From the NCBI GenBank assembly GCA_046563655.1, contig CM102289.1, forward strand, positions 5,704,001 through 5,768,000: a stretch of 64,000 nt of DNA, written 5' to 3'. Below are positions 58,696 to 64,000 of the stretch, piece after piece. The DNA comes from Yuukianura sp. NJ FZ-2021 (lineage: Eukaryota). The position numbers were made by a program, and so were the translations under genes. Numbering within the stretch: the first letter of the stretch is position 1; each line of letters starts with the position of its first letter. Under the pieces are notes generated by a model that was given only the letters and a program-made list of their open reading frames with translations, did not search any database and was not told the origin of the DNA.

Positions 58696-61600
58696 GTAAG
58701 TCCTCGATCATTAGTCACTCGCATGATATAGTTTCCTCGTTATCCTAGCCTAACCTTAGTCAATGTGACTTAACCTAACAACCGAACCTGAGACGGTGAA
58801 AGTGAAGCGTGAGAAAAAGTTTTGAAAAGGGAAGCTTTCTTTTGGTAAAAAGTGACACTAGATAGGACACGGAGGAAACAACAGGTAGTTGGAGTGTCAT
58901 CCCATATCGAGAATGGAGATTCTTAGAAACTTTGAGAAATGGGCAGGCTATAGACAAACAATGACTTTGGAGGTGCTTTTACGTTTGAATTTCGAAGAAA
59001 CTTATAATGTGATCCCCTTCACGATTGAACCTAATTGCCCAACTTCATTAACAAGAAAAATCATAAGACAGAGTAAAAACCATAACAAAAGCAGGTTTTT
59101 TAAGTCCAAAACAAAAGCGATTTTTTTTTACGCTCAGTCGAGCCTTTCTTTCTGTTTTTATACTCATGCTTCCAAGCTTTGCACAGTTTTGGTTTTTGAG
59201 GTATATTTAAAACATGTTTTTCTTCTTTCAGAAATAGGTTCAAGTGAAATTAAATAAAAATTGGGCTGATGTTTTTCGTATAAAGTTTCATGTCAGTTTG
59301 TAAGTGGATACAAGTAACTTGAACTTTTATTTACTCTTCCGCTTCCTAAAGTCAGAATTTTTTGCTTAGCCTAATCCTTCCTCATCTCTAGAGTTAATAT
59401 TAGCTTAATGAGCTAATCTAGAATCCAGACCCTCCTGGTAGCCTCAGAGAAAGTTTTTTACAACATAAAACTTGGAGAAAGGTTGTCATTAAATTGCTAT
59501 ATCCTTCAAAAAAAGTTTACGTTTCACGGAAGAGTTATTAGGTTCTAAATTGGGTTAACTTAACTTGAGAAAGGTTCGCTTTTCATTAAGAAAATTAACT
59601 GGGGAGTTAAAAGGCTGCTAAATTTAAGTGGCACTTTGCTGTTTATTAATTTTGAAAAAAAATTTTTAACCTTTTTACAATTTTGAAGTGAAGTTTTTCG
59701 AAGTTTGCACAACGGTATCAAGTAGATACCTTTTTTTTTTGTTGATCTAAAGATGTAATTGTATTATGTATCAATCGGGAGTTTTATACAATAAATTGCA
59801 ATAAGTTAGTAATTCAAAGTGGTTAGCCATGCGTGCTTGAAGTTTAGATGAGGTCTTTATGGTTGCTTCAATTTATTTAGCTTACAGTTTTGAAGCAAGT
59901 AATCGAATGAGTGGTTACGACGACTGTTGCTCATTGGTTGAAGTTAGGCACAACGATATGTCGCTTATCTCTACTTCAACCAAACTTTTGTTTGAGATGC
60001 AACGAAGCGTTGCAGAAGACTTTGTATTTGTTTTTCTTTGTTTAGTTTCACTTAGACTTGAATAATCAGATCAAGGCAGAGAGAGAGGGTGGGTTTTTTA
60101 GCTTGAGAAATTGAAAAGAAAGCAGCGCATCTGTCAACTTTCTCTTCCATGATTTAAGCTCCTAAAAAACTTTTTATTAAAAAAAGTAAACTTCATATAT
60201 TCTAAAACTCCCTTGGCCTAGATTTTTGTGAACTCAAATTTTATAATGCTAAAAAACTGCTCTTTTTTGTCATTTTTCAAACTTTTGTTGTGTGAGCTTT
60301 TCCTTCCCCGGCTTAAACTTTTTCCTTAAGACTTTCTCTTTTCCATTTCCTAATGGGGCATAAGAAAAAAGAAAAGTCTAATTGCAAAACAAATTTGTTA
60401 CGCTTTTAAAAATTATGCAATAATTACAAAACTCGCGCGTTTTATGAAATATCATTTCAAAACTTTGAAAAAAAAACCTTGAGCACAATAATGGGTCTTT
60501 TTGTGCTACAGTTCTAAAACATGGAAGCGGGAAACCGTTTTTCTGAAACTTTTTTTTATAACTTTCACTTGCAGTGTTCAGTGAGGAATTTTTGTTGAAA
60601 CTTTCTCCTGCCCCCCTCCACACAGTCGTTTGATCCATTTTTTATGATGACGGTAAAATGCACTGCTGTGGGCTATGCAGCTAGTTTGTCCAACTCAGAA
60701 GTTTTTGTAAAACAGAGATAAAATTTCAATTTGTGTTAATTCTGAAATGTGATAAGAAGGCATGCCTATTAACGTGGAGAGAAATTTAAAAAGCGCTGTT
60801 TTAAGGTTTGGAACAACCCTTGTGGGTTTTTGTTGCAATTTTGAAAATTTTTGACAATAATGGTAACTGAGGGGAGGGAAATGGGTGAAAGTGAGTTTTC
60901 TTTTCACTTTTCCATCGTCTAGAGGCTTATTACTTTATTTATGAAAAAGGGATCTCACGAGGTGTTCCATTTCCTAGTTTATCACGTCACCACAAATGGG
61001 CGTAAGAAAGTGTGTTTGCGTGGTAGTGGATGCCCATGACTAAAAACGGCGAGTATCCTCCAGGACGACGTGAAAGCCTCATCGTCAGGTGAAAAAGCCA
61101 CGAGTGCCATGAAGGTAGTAAGAAATCGATACGATGGAATGAATTTAGGTAATGTTCACGGGATCCAAAAGTGGCGGGCGGTTTGTAAAAAAGACTCTTT
61201 CGGAGGAGGGGAAGATATAAAAAAGTATTTTCGAGAGGTACTTTCTCCCTTCATCCCTGTACGACACGTACCTGCACCACTTCCACCTCTGGTTTCACCA
61301 CAGTTTTCCCTCTGCTTCTGGTTTTTATTTCCACTGGAATCTGACAGGTGAAGTAAATAAAGTCCTTTACAACCGGATCCACTTGAAAGTAGCCAAAGCA
61401 ATAAATACGCCCTCTACAACCTTGTGGCCACGAAATTCTGTGGAGAAACAAAGTCAAGTTTAGCCTTAATGCAGCCAAAAGTTGAAAAGAAAAACGCACG
61501 CCGTCTAAAGTGTAAAACGTTAAACTCCTCTTAACAATTACGACTTATTTTCACGTTAAATTCATTACAGATTACGTTTAATATTCGAGGATTTACAGTA

Positions 61601-64000
61601 ATGAACTTTTCCGTGTACTTTTCCCCCATATGCATCGGTGTACGTCTGTGGTGCGTATGTTAGAATTTTTTTCCGGAAAGTGTTGGCGGTCAGACAGACA
61701 AACCGAGTACATACATACAGTTGTTTCCCTATGTTGTAACGATAATGTGAAGAGGATAGTGGAGAGAATATTGTTTCGAATGGGGGATTTTTTGTTGTGA
61801 GACACTTCTGTAAGTTGGGGAAAGTGAGACAGGAATTTCACTCGAGTTACTTTCTGTGGCAGTTTCAAAAGAATTAGACGCAGGGGAACACAACACATGA
61901 GAGAGTTTGTTCTAGATGTTCTGAATTCCAAGGTATGGCAACCTGCATCTATTTGGGTCCATAATTGGCCACTAAATCTCAGACACTTTGGACAAATTTG
62001 GCTATTAATCGACTAAAAGCTACTAAACCCTGCGGATGAACCTACTTTCTCCTAGATTTCCACTAGATACCTCCATTTCGTTTTTTCCCCGCGGTTTTGG
62101 TTTTTTAAATTGCTGGTTTCAATTATTGAGCGAAAACTTTCGTCCGTGAATAGTAGTTGCAGTAGCATCTACAGATGGTGGTGGTTTTCAAACAAAACAT
62201 TTCTTTTCCATTCAAAATAATTAGATTGTGGTTGAAATTTCAACCTCGCCAAAGTTTAAAACGGAACCTTTTAAACTTTTTCTCGCCAAAATTAGCAAAT
62301 CTGCCACGTAGCTGTGCGCTTCAAGCCAGCGAGTACATTTCATCAAAGAAAATATTTGTTATAGTTTAGTCTTTTCGGATTTTTCAAATCATCGGTTTTT
62401 GGTATTATCTTTATTAAAATTCATTTCACGCAAAGAAAGTTCGCTGCAGAATTTCAAAATTTCCGTCTTTTTTCAACGAATTGGCTCCACCCACTTTTGA
62501 ATTTATTGAAATAGAGATAAAGTAACCAATAGGAAATTAATCCTGATATGGAACAAAAAGAATTGAGATTCAAGTCTTGAAGAAGATGAATGTCATTCAC
62601 CTTGACCTGACTTTCTACCTTCGTGTTTCCAGAGGTTTGCATGAGTCCAGTGTAGCACAGTGTTGCCAAATATTTTTCGGGGTTGATACTTTTCCAATTT
62701 CTTCAAAGCCTAATGTTCCAGAAAACGACTTTGTAATTTTCTTTTAACATTTGCGAAATTGTTTTGAACCACACTGTACAACACCTTCACTTTTGAGACT
62801 TGAGAGAAAGTGGACTTCGTGTGTAATTTTCTCCTTAGGAAAAGGGAATGTAATCTCCTTGGATTTGGATCTGATAAGTGGCTTTTACATCTACTATTTC
62901 CAGTTTCACTTTGTAAACCTTCTTATAACCTTCCTAACTCCTGTTCAAATTTTCCCTCCCAAAGTCTGTTCAAAATCTCCCGCCTCCGCAGTCCATTTGG
63001 CAGAACTTAAAATATTAACTCCATTAAGATTAAGGCAGCTTTAACGTCCTTGCTCCTTGCTACTCCTGGCTAGGCGATTTTTTTTTGACCGCTCACTGGG
63101 CCTTCTTGAGTTCTCTTGGGATTCAAAGCTACGCTCCACTCTAGCTTCCTTTTCGAAGATCAGAAAAAGGCGGGAAACGTTAAGCAATGTTAGGTTGGAG
63201 AGAATCTGGCAAAAGGAAAATGACTTTCTGCTAATGCCCCGCTTTTACTGACTTAGTAAGTCACCCACAAACCACAACATAAATATGACGGAGCAACCGG
63301 AAATGTTTCGATTCTGAACGTCTAGAAAGGAAACGCGCCCAGAATTCTCTTCCCGGGAAATTCAAAACTTATAAATTTTTAAGTAAGCTACAGCTTTTCA
63401 GAAAGTGTCTAAAATTTGGAAATTAATGTAATCTGTGCACACAACAGAGAAATGCTTTTTAGATTGCAAAATTAGGTTCTTAAAATTGTTTCTGTCGCTT
63501 TGTAAAGTAAGGGTGTTGGATTTGATTGATAGTGGCGCCAAGAAGTGTTTAAATTCCTTTTGAAATTCAAATTTTGGTTTTAATTTGAACAGTTCTACAA
63601 CTTTTGTTAAAATATTCTTAAACCAAAATTAGCTCGACAAAAACTTTTTTTATTTTATCTTTCATCTAATGTTTGCTTAAGGTTACTAAGTTGAGGCTAC
63701 TTTGACATCAGGTTTGCCAGGCTTAATAGAATACTAAATGATGTACATACAAAAGTGAATGAACTTATTGAATTTCTAATGAAAATGTTGTCGAAACTCG
63801 TTTCCTGCGACAAATCTATTTTTGCAAAACCTATAAATGTCACTTTGCGTTTGGAATTTTCCGCCACAACTTTTTCCTTTGTGTGGATACGGGCCCTATG
63901 CCTGAATTGGCTTTGTGTGTAGCCTAGTGGTAGTCGCGGTTTGGTTTTCGTGTTCTAAAAGAAACTTTTTTCTTTTCCTGCTACTTACTCCACTTTCTTT

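Overview
AT-rich eukaryotic DNA from an arthropod. The 60-100 bp introns and gene content suggest a hexapod, possibly a springtail (inference only). There are three zones. (1) 1-36.9 kb is almost free of recognisable coding sequence. It looks like the promoter(s), 5' exons and very large introns of a minus-strand gene running off the left edge: a perfect NRF1/EWG palindrome at 35941, a donor at 35475, a signal-peptide-like exon at about 28.4 kb and a second Inr/exon pair at about 12.4/10.2 kb. (2) 36.9-51.8 kb is a compact island of six genes whose models I spliced by hand: a 145-aa 4-TM protein only fragmentarily seen in the ORF track (-), a short exuperantia-like gene apparently lacking the SAM-like domain (+), COA1 (-), sorting nexin 1/2 (+), an unusual tetraspanin with a Lys/Cys-rich N-terminus and a very long Gln/Pro repeat tail broken by a frameshift (+), and an intact carboxylesterase (+). 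(3) 52-64 kb holds the upstream region, first coding exon and first intron of a NaCP60E/DSC1 (Nav2)-like channel (+). I recognised no tRNA, rRNA, CRISPR array, conserved miRNA or intact transposase. The best novelty candidates are the repeat-tailed tetraspanin, the truncated Exu and the hidden 4-TM gene. All family calls come from motif recognition, not database searches.
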